From: Flectonema sp. DT1601
Lineage: Eukaryota
Assembly (NCBI GenBank): GCA_964019425.1
Contig: OZ025782.1
Coordinates: forward strand, 1,054,001-1,118,000
Length of the DNA stretch: 64,000 bases
Direction: 5' to 3'
The notes below the pieces were generated by a model, which searched no databases, was not told the DNA's origin, and saw nothing but the letters and a program-made list of their open reading frames with translations. A program made the position numbers and the translations under genes. How positions within the stretch are numbered: position 1 is the first letter of the stretch; every line of letters begins with the position of its first letter. Positions 47,837 to 60,175 of the stretch are shown piece after piece.

Positions 47837-49997
47837 TTATCTTCTTAACAATGGGTCGGTGGGTTTTCGTGGAAGCGAGCAGTTATCTTCATTGCATTCA
47901 CCTCCCCATTCATAGTAATTGATCGGACTTGGCCAGAGTGGACACTCGCCGAGTTCCTGAACAGTGTTACCATATTCATCTAACTCTTTTGAAGGTTCAG
48001 TTGTTAGTTTGAGGGGGGCAAGGTGAGCGTCAGGGAAGCGTTTCATCATCGCTGTGAACTCTCTAGAAGTAGGAAGGATTCCGTGAAGAACCATTGATGT
48101 GTCGGTTATGTTTTGAAGAATTTGCCATCCGTAACCTCTGTTGATGCAGTGACCTCGACAGTCTGAGAGGAAATTAAATCTCATGTTAGCCAGAAAAAAC
48201 CATCTCCCAACCATAACATCTTCATACTTAAAGTCGATGTTCCCTCGTACAAGCGTCGAATCACGCACCCAATCAGCCATATCAAAGCTCATGGTCACTA
48301 ACAATCCTGAGGTCCTAGAAATACCATACCAGGGAACTGCCCTTCCATGATAAATCATCGGAAACGTAAACGAGTCCAGTTCGTTTGCCAACATATTAAG
48401 TCGATAGAATGCGTCATCGTCTCCTTTACAAATGTAGTCAGCTTTGACGTGGCCCGCAACAAATGAGTAAAATGCATAGGACTTTCGACTCATGCCGATG
48501 AGTACATCGTTACTCTTTCCTCCAACACCAGTCCAGTTGCCTTCTTTCAAATTAAAAAACAAAATGTCTTTTGTAATCTTCGCTTCTTCCAACAATTCAG
48601 GAGAATACGTAAATTGCGTCGAAGGGTGGTATGCCAGTAGGTACTTCGCAAGTATAGTTGCATCGGGGCGTTTATGATGATTCCACACTCGAGAGTATCG
48701 TAAAAAGGAATCTCTTTGCAACTTTCTGAAGTAAGCTCCCTTGGTTGTGTCTACAGATGGAATACCGAATGCTACGACCCAATGTTTCTTGTAGTCAGCG
48801 TCATTTGGGAACAAGTCTTCTCGAACGTGTGCGAACAGTGGGCTTATTCTCTTCTTGCGTCTATCAGCAGTTAAGATGTACCCCGTTTCATCTTGAGTGC
48901 TAGCTAGTTGTAATCTTGCACCCGTCAAGTTTCGCAAAGCTGGGATCAATGTACCAGGGTATGGAGACTGCTGCACTGGAGCAAAATTTTGAACCCGCTT
49001 CAAAAATAACTTTTCGTACCTTGACTCCATCCCGTCTGCATCTTTTTCATTTGTCCACCAATCACATATTACTTGTTCGGAGGTAGCTCTCTGTTTTAAT
49101 TGAGTATTTATATGTAATTAGAGTACAGAAGTTGAGAAGGCAATAACATACGCAAACATCCCACGGAGCTGACTGGAAGGTTATAATTCGAAAATGTGCA
49201 CTCTTGTATTTGAGGTAGTCGGGATTCTTCAAAATGAAGTCCGTGTTGACACTGAAACGATATCCCAGATCATACCATCTTGAGGGATAAATTTCGTTGA
49301 TGAATGTTTCGAATGAAGTGCCTTTTCTCATTTGCGAGCTCATTCGATTTAGTCTACTTACCGTGCTTTCACTTGGCGAGAGTACCATCGTAGACGTTGA
49401 GAAGTATGTCGTCCATGACCCGTCGTACTTCAAGGGAGCAGCAAGCTTAACTCCTTCCAATGGCATCCTTGCGAGAGCATTAATATCACCACTGATGTAT
49501 GATTTAGAGTCGAGGTATATTATTCGATCGATACCTCGCATTCCCCAAAGTGCTCGTAGAGCTAATTGGGAGTTATTAAACCCATTGACTAGCGTGCAGA
49601 TGTTCCAACCTGATTTTAATAATATTTTTCTTGCTTTTGTTGACATAAGTTTATCTTTGTGTTCTAATACCCACGGAGTGAATGGATCCCGTAGTTTTAA
49701 GTTTGCTCGTCGGACCATCTTCAACAACGAATTCAATTCACCAGCGGTTCCGGTACCCTCCAGCATTGTCCACAGGGTCAGTTTCTGAGTCTTCACTAAA
49801 CTAGTATTTGCACAGAGCGGTAAGTCTTCTTGGATTGGTGTGCCGTTATCCAACAAGGTTGATGCTCTATCTTCTGGAGTATACTGCCATAGATTCACTC
49901 CCACCATTGCCCCAACAATGAACAACAACACATAGCGACGGCTTCGGAAACTGGACGACGACGTAATGTTTTCGGATGCTTCACCCCCCGCAGATTT
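47837..49997 (-). CDS. Two-domain glycosyltransferase (GT8-like + GT67/GT31-like), copy 1; start not resolved
   Basis: Intron 49091-49151 joins ..APWDVC|RATSEQVICDWW.. in frame. The C-domain has FGIPSVD..RKLQR, YLLAYHPS, MSRKSY, YICKGDDDAF and EDVMVG. There is no in-frame ATG between the acceptor at 49998 and the TM helix, so an upstream exon or a homopolymer error is needed. Confidence 0.8.
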
Positions 49998-50135
49998 CTG
50001 AAAAGTGAAATATTAATAAGATCTGAACAGTACAAAAACACAATAACATTTCGGAAATTTACGAGTCATAATCAAGTAACTTTGTTCCTTCCCTTACCCT
50101 CTTGTGCCCCCCTAGGAGGTGATTGTTTGACAAAG

Positions 50136-50335
50136 GCAGCTAGCTATGGGTGACCCGCACCAGTAGAGAACCCAATCACCCCCCCTAGTATGTTGACATA
50201 CAGTCAGTTAGCTAGTCCAGCACCGATGACCGCAGGGGGTTTTGGGTGACCCGCACGAACTAAAATCATGGAGATCGTGTTTTATATAACTTTGGTTAGA
50301 ATAATTTATTCCCAGCTGTCCACCCTTCCTCAGAA
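50136..50335. repeat. Dispersed repeat family B (also ~51635-51790)
   Basis: GGGTGACCCGCAC(CAGTAGAG) occurs at ~50148 and ~50244, and as GGGTAACCCGCACCAGTAGAG at ~51669. Each is preceded by TTAGCTAG/GTTAGTTAG-like sequence. Confidence 0.75.
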
Positions 50336-52902
50336 TTTAAAAGAGATAGAAAACAAAATCGTAAAATCAAAACCTTCAAAGTACCCAAGGTAAGTAATAA
50401 GTAAGGTTAAATAGGAAAGTATCTTTCCATATCTTTTGGAGAGACGAAAGCTACAATAAATCACTAAAAAAATAATAATATAAATATCCATGCGATGAAA
50501 TTTCTGAGTTAGTATTGAACACTTTAGATCACGAAAGAATAGGTCGGAAGTTACATGCGACAACTGGTATCTTTTTTATCAAAAGGTGACAACCAAATGG
50601 CTGTAGGTTTTGGGTTGGAGTTTTCAGTTCGTTTTTTAAGACGAACTATTCAATGTTATTCGAGAAGGCTTTTGAAAGCTCCCATCGAAACTAAGAAAGG
50701 TATTCATTCAGAATACTCTGTTCTTTATATTCCTAATAACAATCAAATCACCCCCTTCGCTCATTCAGGGGTGTTTTAATTTTTATGAAAGGATACGTAT
50801 AATCTACTGGAAAACATTAAAACTTTTTTTTTTTTTTTTTTTTTTTTGTTTCTGTTTTTTTTTTTTTTTTTCTGAAAGAAGAGAGAGTATGCCAAAGAGC
50901 TAGCTCTAATTTCTGACGATAAATGTCCCCTAAAAAAAATAGATCAGTTCATCTGACCACAAAAATCTTTCAAGAAGAGTGCTACGGAGTTTAAATTAAA
51001 AAAGAAAAAAAACGAAAGAAAATCAAATAACACACATAAAGACGTTCTTACCATCGGAGTCTGACAGTTGAAAACGCCCTCGAAACTGGAAGATTTGCTT
51101 CAAATAAATAAGGAAGTTAGACAGCAAAGCTTTTGAACTGATGGATACCTAAATCAGTAAAAGGTCTCCGTCACGGAGAGATTGTGTTTTTAAAGCTTTT
51201 TCCAAAAAAAAAAAAAAAAAAAAGAAAATGATCTGGGTAGTATTGAATACCACCATCTTTTCCGTTCCACATATAAATCCGGTTATCCATGACTACCACA
51301 AACGCCGCCATTCCACGAAAGAAAAATAAAAAAACTTGGAATCAAGAATTAATATTGTAAGGGACTCTACCGAAGGTATAAAAAAAGAGTATCAGGGGAA
51401 CACAAATAACTATACCAATTTGTAAGGAACAGATAAATGAGACGTTTATCTTTGCTACGGATATGTAGTAGTTAAGAATACGAGTTAGTTATAACATACA
51501 GCAGTAAATCAAGGAAATACAAGGTATTGTTTATAAAGAAAACAAGCTATTCCTTACCTTTCCATAACGTTAGTTTCAGGTCTTAATTTTTTTTCTTATC
51601 TGTCCCTCTTAGGCCTTAGTTAGAATATAGGATTTGTTAGTTAGCAAGCCTGATGACTGTTGGGGTCTGGGTAACCCGCACCAGTAGAGCCGAATCACGG
51701 ATCGCGTATAGCCTCAGCTGGAAGGATCAAAATTCTGCCTTTCCTAAGACTAACAGGTTGGAACGAAAAAACGAAATGACCAGGGGAATGTGTGGAGATG
51801 AGAGTAAATAAATAAAACATCTTTTTTTTTTTTTTTTTTTTGTTTTTTAAAAAAAAAAAGTTTTTTTTTATTGCATAATATATAAAAACCTTTCTTCATG
51901 AAATAATCGCAACGAAAGAAATTAAAAAAAAAAAAAAAAAAAAACATGACTCGGACCCCCCCCCATTCAATTGTCCCAAGCAATATTATTAAACGAAGGT
52001 TCTTAAAAGATGTATCGCAACATTGAGACAACACGAATTACTATACCAATCTGAAAGGAACAGAATCAAGGAAGCTCAAATGAAACAGACCTTAGAACAT
52101 GCTAAAGAAGGTCAACAATAACAAATTTGCAGTTTTTCTCTAATCCATCCAACTACAAACACACTGAAACTGATCTGGAAAAAGGCAAGAAAGATGATAA
52201 TTGATACTTTTTTTTTTTTTTTGAGGTCTTGCACACTGGAAAGAAAATTTTAGAACACAGTTGAATACTTCTTCTTATGTTACCGTAACAGTCGTAACTT
52301 ATGAGTATGACATACGCATTAAATTAGAACTTGTCTGAGGAACCTAACAGACCCCCAAGAGGAAGGGGGAAGGTCTTGCCAAGGGTCACGACACATAAAC
52401 AAAGAACAGGGAGATAAAATAAAAAATAAAAAATTCAACTTAAAATACGAAACAATGATAAAAAGAGAAAGCGAAGAAGAACCTCAAAAAGAGTTCCCTG
52501 TTGTCGCAAATGATATATCATTTATGTGACCAAAAAAGAGATTAAAAAAAACCGCTATGCTTGCGAAGGACCTTACCTTAATCCCATAAGCATTCGAAAG
52601 CCCTTTTTCAATCCGAATAGTAGTACCTACCGAACTGAAAAAAATAAAAACAAAAACAAAAATAAAAATAAGGAAATAATCAAAAAACCGAAGAATAAAT
52701 TAAATTTGATGATTGAAAGTGAATAAAAGAAAAACCGACTTCTCAAACAGAAGTGTTTTTTATTTTACTTTTTTTTTGTATCTCTTTTGTTGATCAGCAG
52801 AATTTTCCTACTTTTCATTTGTTTGAAGTTTTTCGCACACTGACAACAATTATAACAATCGTATCTATGGTAGAGTAACAAGGAGCATTGCTACTAACAG
52901 AT

Positions 52903-55256
52903 TTATCTCATAAGCAGCGGGTCAACAGGCCTCCGCGGAAGCGAGCAAGTGTTGTTTGCAAAGCAATAACCTCCCCAATTATAATAATTAATGGGATCTG
53001 GTCTGTCTGGACATTCACCGATTTCATCAAAGGCGATACCGAATTTATCCAAGTTACCTCTAGGCTTCGTTTTTAATTTATGTCTGGGAAGATGTCTATC
53101 AGGAAATCGCTTCATCATGTCTGAAAATGCTTCAGGAGTCGGAAGGATTCCGTGAAGAACCATTGATGTGTCGGTTATGTTTTGAAGAATTTCCCATCCG
53201 TAACCTCTGTTGATGCAGTGACCTCGACAGTCTTTGAGAAAATTAAATCTCAAATTACCCAGAAAAAACCACAACCCAACCATGACGTCTTCAAACCTAA
53301 AGTCGATATTATCCTCGACGAGCATAGAATCACGCACCCAATCAGCCATATCAAAACTCATGGTCACCAACAATCCTGATGTCCTAGCAATACCATACCA
53401 GGGAATCTGCCTTCCATGATAGATCATCGGAAACGTATAAGACTGCAGGTCGTTTGCCAACATATTAAGTCGATAGAATGCGTCATCGTCTCCTTTACAA
53501 ATGTAGTCAGCTCTGATCCTGTCCGCAACAAACGCGTAGAATGCATAGGCCTTTCGACTCATGCCGATGAGTACATCGTCCTGCTTCGATCCGTGTCCGG
53601 ACCATACCCCTTCATTCAAATCAAAAAAGAGAATGTCTTTTGTAATCTTCGCTTCTTCCAACAATTCAGGAGAATACGTATAATTCGTCGAAGGGTGGTA
53701 TGCCAGTAGGTACTTCGCAAGCACAGTTGCATCAGAACTCTTGTGATAATTCCACACTCGAGAGTATCGTAAAAAGGAATCTCTTTGCAACTTTCTGAAG
53801 TAAGCTCCCTTTTTTGTGTCTACTGCTGGAATACCGAATGCTACGACCCAATGTTTGTCGTAGTCAGCGTCATTTGGGAACAAGTCTTCTCGAACGAGTG
53901 GGATCAGTGGGTTTTTTCTCTTTGGGCGTCTATCAGGGGTATATATGTACCCTGCCGAATCTTGAGTAGCCTCTGTTTTCTGTCTACCAGTCTCCAGTCC
54001 CTTTTCATACACAATTGGAACTACTGTTCCTGGGAAAGGCAGCTGCGCTACAGGAGAATCATCTTGCACTGGCTTCTGAAATAAGTTACTGTACCTCGAT
54101 ACTTCACCATCTGAATCCGTTTCGGATACCCACCAGTCGCATCCGAGTTCAATTTCACTTTCGTTTCCGTTTTGCTGTTTGGGTTGCATTAAGGTACGTT
54201 AGTCCCATCGAACCATCTAGTAGCTGGTTCACTCCGAAGTTTCCCTCAGGATAGCTGGAACCATAAAAGGAGTTACGCCAGGTAAAGCGAATGATTAGAG
54301 GCATTGGGGATATCGTTTCCTCGACCTATTCTCAAACTTTAAATGGGCGTGAACGCGGGGTTGCTCAATTGAATCCCGATGACATTGATAAGCCGATAAT
54401 GTTAAAAGAGAAAATAATAACATACGCAAACATCCCACGGAGCTGACTCAAAGGTTATTATTCTCATCTGTGCCCTCTTGTGCTCATACAACTCTGGTTC
54501 GTATTTGAAGATCTCAGTGTTAGTTCCGTAATGGTAGCTCAAGTCGTACCACCTTGTGAGGCAAAGCTCGTTGATGAAAACTTCAAATGAACTGCCCTCT
54601 GCTTGGGCACTCCCTCGATTCAATTTGCGGTAGGTGAGATAATTTGGACGAATTACCATCACACTTGTGGTGAAGTTTGTCGTCCACGCCTCCTCGTTAT
54701 ATTTTGAAGTAGCTGCGAGTTGAACACCTCCCAATGGAATACTCGTGAGAGCATTAATATCACCACTGATGTATGTTTTAGGGTCGAGGTATATTATTCT
54801 ATTGATACCTCTCATTCCCCAAAGTGCTCGTAGAGCTAGTTTGGAGTCATTAAAACCATCGACTAGCGTGCAGATGTTCCAACCTGATTCCAACAAGGCA
54901 TATCTTGCTGTTGGTGATATAAGGTTATCTTTGTGTTCTAATACCCACGGAGTGAATGGATCCCGTAGGTTCAAGTTTGCTCGTCGGATCATCTTCGATA
55001 ACGCAGTCATTTCACCAGAAGCGCCATCACCCTCCAGCATTGTCCACAGGGTCAGGTTTTCAGTCTTCATCAAAGAACCATCAACACAAAGTGGTAAAGG
55101 TTCAGTGTAGATTGGTTTCCTTTTAACTTCAGTCACTGACTCGCCTTTTAATATGATAATTGGTCTAGGTTTTTGTTTATGGTTTGACACCAACAATAAC
55201 AAACAAGCCACAGATATAATACCATAGCAATAATGCGGGATTCGAGGGATACTCAT
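52903..55256 (-). CDS. Two-domain glycosyltransferase (GT8-like + GT67/GT31-like), copy 2, 700 aa
   Basis: Paralog of 47837-49997. Intron 54175-54425 (GTATGT..GACTAAC..AAACAG) joins ..APWDVC|QNGNESEIELGCDWW.. in frame. Confidence 0.88.
54207..54390 (+). pseudogene. LSU (28S) rRNA fragment inserted antisense in an intron
   Basis: ATCGAACCATCTAGTAGCTGGTTC..CCGAAGTTTCCCTCAGGATAGCTGG (LR5 site)..GGTAAAGCGAATGATTAGAGG..CTATTCTCAAACTTTAAATGGG..TTGCTCAATTGAA: conserved eukaryotic LSU blocks in native order. The right end is approximate. Confidence 0.95.
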
Positions 55257-55745
55257 TTATATTAAACTTGGATCTGTGTTTAAAATGTGTGGTTTTTTTT
55301 AAAAGAAAATACATATTTTTAATTTAGAAAAGAAAACGGAAATCCATTGTGACAAAAAAAACCTGTTACGAAAATAAAAAAAGTTTACAAAGATATATAA
55401 AAATCTGTACTTTTTTTCTAATATTGAGTTATATTATTCATTTATTTCTTTTTTTTTCAATTGGAATCTAACACCCGAATTTCTTTTATTTTTTTCCCAT
55501 AACTTCACAACGTTGTTGAGAAGATTTAAGAAAAAAAAAAAAAAAAAAAAAAAAGAGGTATCATAATAATTCCAAAGTAATGATGAAAAAAGAAATACTA
55601 CCTTTAAGTTCGGTATCGTAATTCTTTTGTTTTCAAGCTGTATACTTTTCGAAATACAACTATTATTAGAGAGCTAGCACCAAGTAGCGAAGAACAAAAT
55701 AACAATTTCAGATTAGCTAGTAGTATTAAGTATCATCAGTCAATC

Positions 55746-55778
<33 letters not shown>

Positions 55779-56815
55779 AAATTTCGTAGGACAACAAACA
55801 AGTTGGTTTCGGGCTAAGATTAAAAACAATCTTTCTTCGGACCATTCCCCTTACCCAGCTCTCTTCAGCGAAGAAAGCAAGGGGAACACTGCGGTGTCAG
55901 GCCTGTCTATTTAGATTAGCTAGCAAGTCCATCAGACCACAGATTATTTTTATATTTCGTTGAACGCAGATAAAATCCTGCTGCACGGGGGAAAATAAAT
56001 CATGACTAAGAAATAACTGCTTTCAATCTGAATAGTTTCTTCTTCGACTACGACGGTATAAAAAAGATTAAAGAAAAAAAAAAAAAAAATAGGAATTTCT
56101 CACTTGCTCACAACGAAAAAAAGAATTGTTGTGAAAAACAAATTTTCGGTGTTCCAAGTGAGAGAAAAAAAAAAAAAGGAATATACGTTGTTAGGCATGT
56201 AATAAAGTTTTATCAAAAAAAGATTTATTATGCACAAATAAAACTAAGAATGGAAGTCAGTTTTGGTTTTTCTTTTTCTTTTTTTAGTTGCGGGACAAGA
56301 ATAACTAAGAACGGTTTGTCTGAGCAAGTCGCCCAGCGAAAAACTATCAGCAGGACAGCTTTAAATCGCTTATACAAGATGGCCAAACCAAAATGCCACA
56401 CAGGAGCACCGATTTCCTTGAGTTGACATTCTGAAAATCCCATCTAACAGTTCCCATTGAAGTCATTGCTACTAAAACAACTCTCAAAGTCAAACTACAG
56501 AAAAAAAAAGAGGAAAAAAAAAGAGGAAAAAAAAAGAGGAAAAAAAAAAGAGGAAACAAAAAAGAGGAATATTGAATGTGTCCATAACCAGTATACAGCA
56601 TAACGATGCAATACTTTTTGTGTTTCAGTTGGATGAGAATCGTGAAAATTAAAATCAATCTCACCTTTCCCCGAAACTAACGGTATAAGAACAAAGAATG
56701 GATCAAGGGTCCGTAAGGAACAGACTCAAAGAGAAGCTCAAATGAGACAAGTCAGTTTTAGGTCTAAAGTACTCCGGACCTTAAGAGCCGATAATCAGCT
56801 GCGATTTTAAATAAT

Positions 56816-56847
<32 letters not shown>

Positions 56848-57164
56848 TGTCAAATATTATCAAAGAACAGAGGGCTTCTAAGAGTTTTGACAAGTAAAAG
56901 AATAAAAGTAATTAGTTAGAATATGAGTTTATTATAAAAAAGTGCACTACATTTAAATATAAAAAAAGAAAAATTCCAAAAACACATTGTTCTGCTGTTC
57001 GTTTGAGTTAGTATTAATGGTTATCAGTCAAAAGAAGGGGAGAGGGCGGGAAAATACAATCGAATGCAAAAGTTCGTAGGACAACAAACAAGGTTTCGGT
57101 TGTTCGTTTGAGTTAGTTACGGATCCTATTTATAAAATTATTGTGTAGTGAAAACCAGTGCAAT

Positions 57165-58504
57165 CTATTTAAGAATAAGGGATTTGGATTCATTGAATGA
57201 CTTACTGCAGGACACTTGTATCTTAACATTACAGATGAATAGAGGTGAATCAAGAATGCCTAGTCTCCAACTACCTAAAACCATGCAGAAGATTAGGCAA
57301 ACGTAGAACCAGTTTGAGAAATACACGCTCACTTCATGTTCTGTTTTTAATTTATCGGAATGATCAACACCAGATATAACAGGAATAACAGCCTTCGCAA
57401 AATGAGAAGAAGGATGAATCGGTTCTAAGACATGAGAAGCCCACACAGTGACAATCTCACCTGCGGAATTGAGAACTGAAGAATGGTCGCTGAATGAATC
57501 CGTTTTTCCCACAAATAAGTCACTCGATTTCTGCATGTGTTGCGTGTCAAAGAATCGAATATAAATTCCCTTCTCAGCTTCGAAACTCGCAAGAAACGAA
57601 ACTGCGAAACCAACTCCTGGCATACACACGACTGCGGTGTTTGCGTCACTCTGTTTCTTAGAAACTGCCGTCTCTCCGCCCATCAACGTACCCTTGCTAT
57701 CGAACCCTTGAACTAGTGCTGTTCCATTACTGCTCCACGATACAAGATATTCACCAGGCATCGCACAGACAGAAAGAGTCCTTGATGATTCAGCATTCTT
57801 TATAACATCGAACACATCAGTTGCTGCAACTCCGCTGCAGCTGTAGGTCCTGCCCTGAATGGACTTGTCCACTTGCCAAACGACAACAAACTCGCTTTGT
57901 CTGAATTCACAGTAACAGATGGCACGATTCCTGCTGTGGTGGCGGACAAAGATGCAGACAACTTGGCTCTCGAAATCTCCACAACCACTTCATCCTTCCC
58001 TATTGCCTGAGCCTCGCTGTTAAACATCTGAAAAGCAATACCAGCAGTGTGTTCGTTCTTGAAACCCCACACAACTACAAACCCATCAGTTAATGCTGCT
58101 ACTCGTGGTCTTAGTCGGTAATCCTCTTGTTCCCCTACTTTGAAAAGTCCTTTCGTCTTCTGCAAATTATTTGACAACAGCTGACCGAGTGTAACTTCTT
58201 TCCCACTCACAGGGTCGGGTACGGAATTCCACACCACTATGAAGTGACCAGAATCTAACCTTGCCGCGTCAGGAAACAGAGAATAAGATGCTCTGACACT
58301 GTCGTCAAAAACTGTTTCCGATTCGAGTGCATGGAATTTCGAATCGAGTATCTGAGCTTCTACGTCCAGATCGTATTTAGTCGACACCGTGAGTATGTCA
58401 CTATTCCGAATTGGAATGATTCTTGTTTCCCAAAGATTCGGCAACGTCGTCAAAGCAGTGCTCTGGCAGACGCATGCCACTGCGAACAACACTCTAAAAA
58501 ACAT
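57165..58504 (-). pseudogene. Frameshifted tandem copy of the 60176-61483 gene
   Basis: Near-identical to the downstream copy, but TTT at 57896-57898 versus TTTT at 60874-60877 splits it into two ORFs. This could be a homopolymer sequencing error. Confidence 0.7.
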
Positions 58505-58908
58505 AATAAGATGCTGTGAGAATGAGGAGAACAATAAAACCAAAATTAAACATTTGATACAAAAATAGTTGAGAACGCAAGGCTTCTCTGTCTTCATGTC
58601 TTTGCATATAACTGATTGAAATAAAATATTTAGTGAGCTTGTCGTGTAAGCAAGAGTACCTTAGAGGGGGGGTATTCGCATCAACAGGGAGCATTAGCTT
58701 CAGCTTTGAGAGAAAGGAAAAAAGAAAATAACAATTGTAATTGACGTCTACACACTAACTTGTAATTTTATACGTACGTTTAGCCGTTAAAACAAAATTG
58801 ATCGTGCAGGAAAAGAAGTAAGTCTCTACAAGATTGTTCGAATTATTTCGCCAATGCTTTCTGAGATATACCGTGTTTATGTTTTCCACAGAAGAAAAAA
58901 AAAAACAT

Positions 58909-59100
58909 AAGTCAGTTTATCGTCATAACTGCGCTGAACCATAAGCTAAGACGAAATGAAAACAAAAGTGTGTAAGATGACAGTCAGTTTATGGTCATAA
59001 CTGCACTGAACCATAAGCTAAGACTAACAAGATGGAAATGAAAACAAAAGTGTGTAAGATGACAGTCAGTTTATCGTCATAACTGAACCATGAGCTAAGA
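58909..59100 (+). repeat. Tandem repeat, ~2.5-3 units of ~72-83 bp; related single copy at ~35906-35975
   Basis: AGTCAGTTTAT.GTCATAACTG..TGAACCAT.AGCTAAGA occurs three times and GAAATGAAAACAAAAGTGTGTAAGATGAC twice. Confidence 0.9.
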
Positions 59101-60175
59101 TAGATAATCATCGCTGATGCAGCAAACCAAAGAGCATCGAGTTAGCTCTCTAGAGCCACGAGGCAACGTAATTAGACGCAATCTTATTAGGATTGTTATA
59201 TATAGCTTCGGCTGACGGGGCATAATACAGTCAGGCGGGAATCTCTCCAAGATTGCTACAAGTGTCGTATCCTCTCCCTTTTGAAATGCTGCCACAATAG
59301 TGTGTTGCCAGCCATAAGCCGATTTAAGGTGGTCACTGATTTGACTAACCGTGTGTTTTCGGGGTTTGTGGATGAAGGCTTTCCTGTCTTCACCAGCTAC
59401 ACTATTATTATTTAGTTCCAGTATCTTATGGACCTTTGATACTGGGACTCTGACTGCTACTGATGTGTGCAGACAGTTCTTTTTAAAGCCGAAGGGTGTT
59501 GCCTCGTGTAGTTAAAAGGAATTACCTTTTCGTGGGCTACTCCTCTAACACGAAAATATTTTGTATAAAGTTGGCGGTTTCGGAAACTATTGTGTTCGGA
59601 TTAGGGGTTTTCCCAATATTATTTAAAAAAGAATCGGCACCTCACTAAATAATTCTCACACTTTGTTTTTGTTTGTGCGCAACTGGAAACAAGCCTATAA
59701 AGTAAAGGGTGTTAACGTTACGCTACCACAATTCTCTTTCGCTCGTAAAATATGTCTTCGAGATGAAAAAAAAAAAAAGATATTTCGTTCGACGCAAAGA
59801 GCAGAGGGCTTCTAAGAGCTTGACAAGTAAAATAATTAAATTAAATAGTTGTTTAGCTATTAAATTCAGCTACAGATACCATTATGAAATTGTTGTGTAT
59901 TGAAAAACAGTGCAATTTAAGAATAAGTGAGAGAGAAGAAAATATATCACGAGAAACACAATAGTATTTTAATTAAATAGGGAACATAGTTCTCCCAATT
60001 AAGGAAGGGAAAAAAAAAAAAAAAAAAAGTTTCAGAATCAGACTTAATCAGGAGATAGTAGTGAAATAAGTCGGATCCTATACTTGACTAAGAGTGGGAA
60101 GCAAAGCTACCATAGAACTTGTGGTATTCGTTTTGAATGCTCCTTTTTAGAACGACTTACTGCAGGCAACTTCGA

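Noticed and set aside
51645..51710. CTGATGA followed by a hairpin (possible hammerhead on plus)
   Set aside because: No GAAA after the stem, and other copies vary in the core (CCGATGA, CTGATGC).
2042..55110. Numerous plus-strand ORFs of 60-160 aa
   Set aside because: Antisense shadows of minus-strand genes or low-complexity A/T runs, with no recognisable domains.
56352..56370. AGCTTTAAATCG, resembling part of a diplonemid spliced leader in reverse
   Set aside because: Only ~12 nt, without the conserved TTTCTGTACT block.
58909..59100. CRISPR-like array
   Set aside because: Eukaryotic context, spacers are repeated rather than unique, and there are no cas genes.
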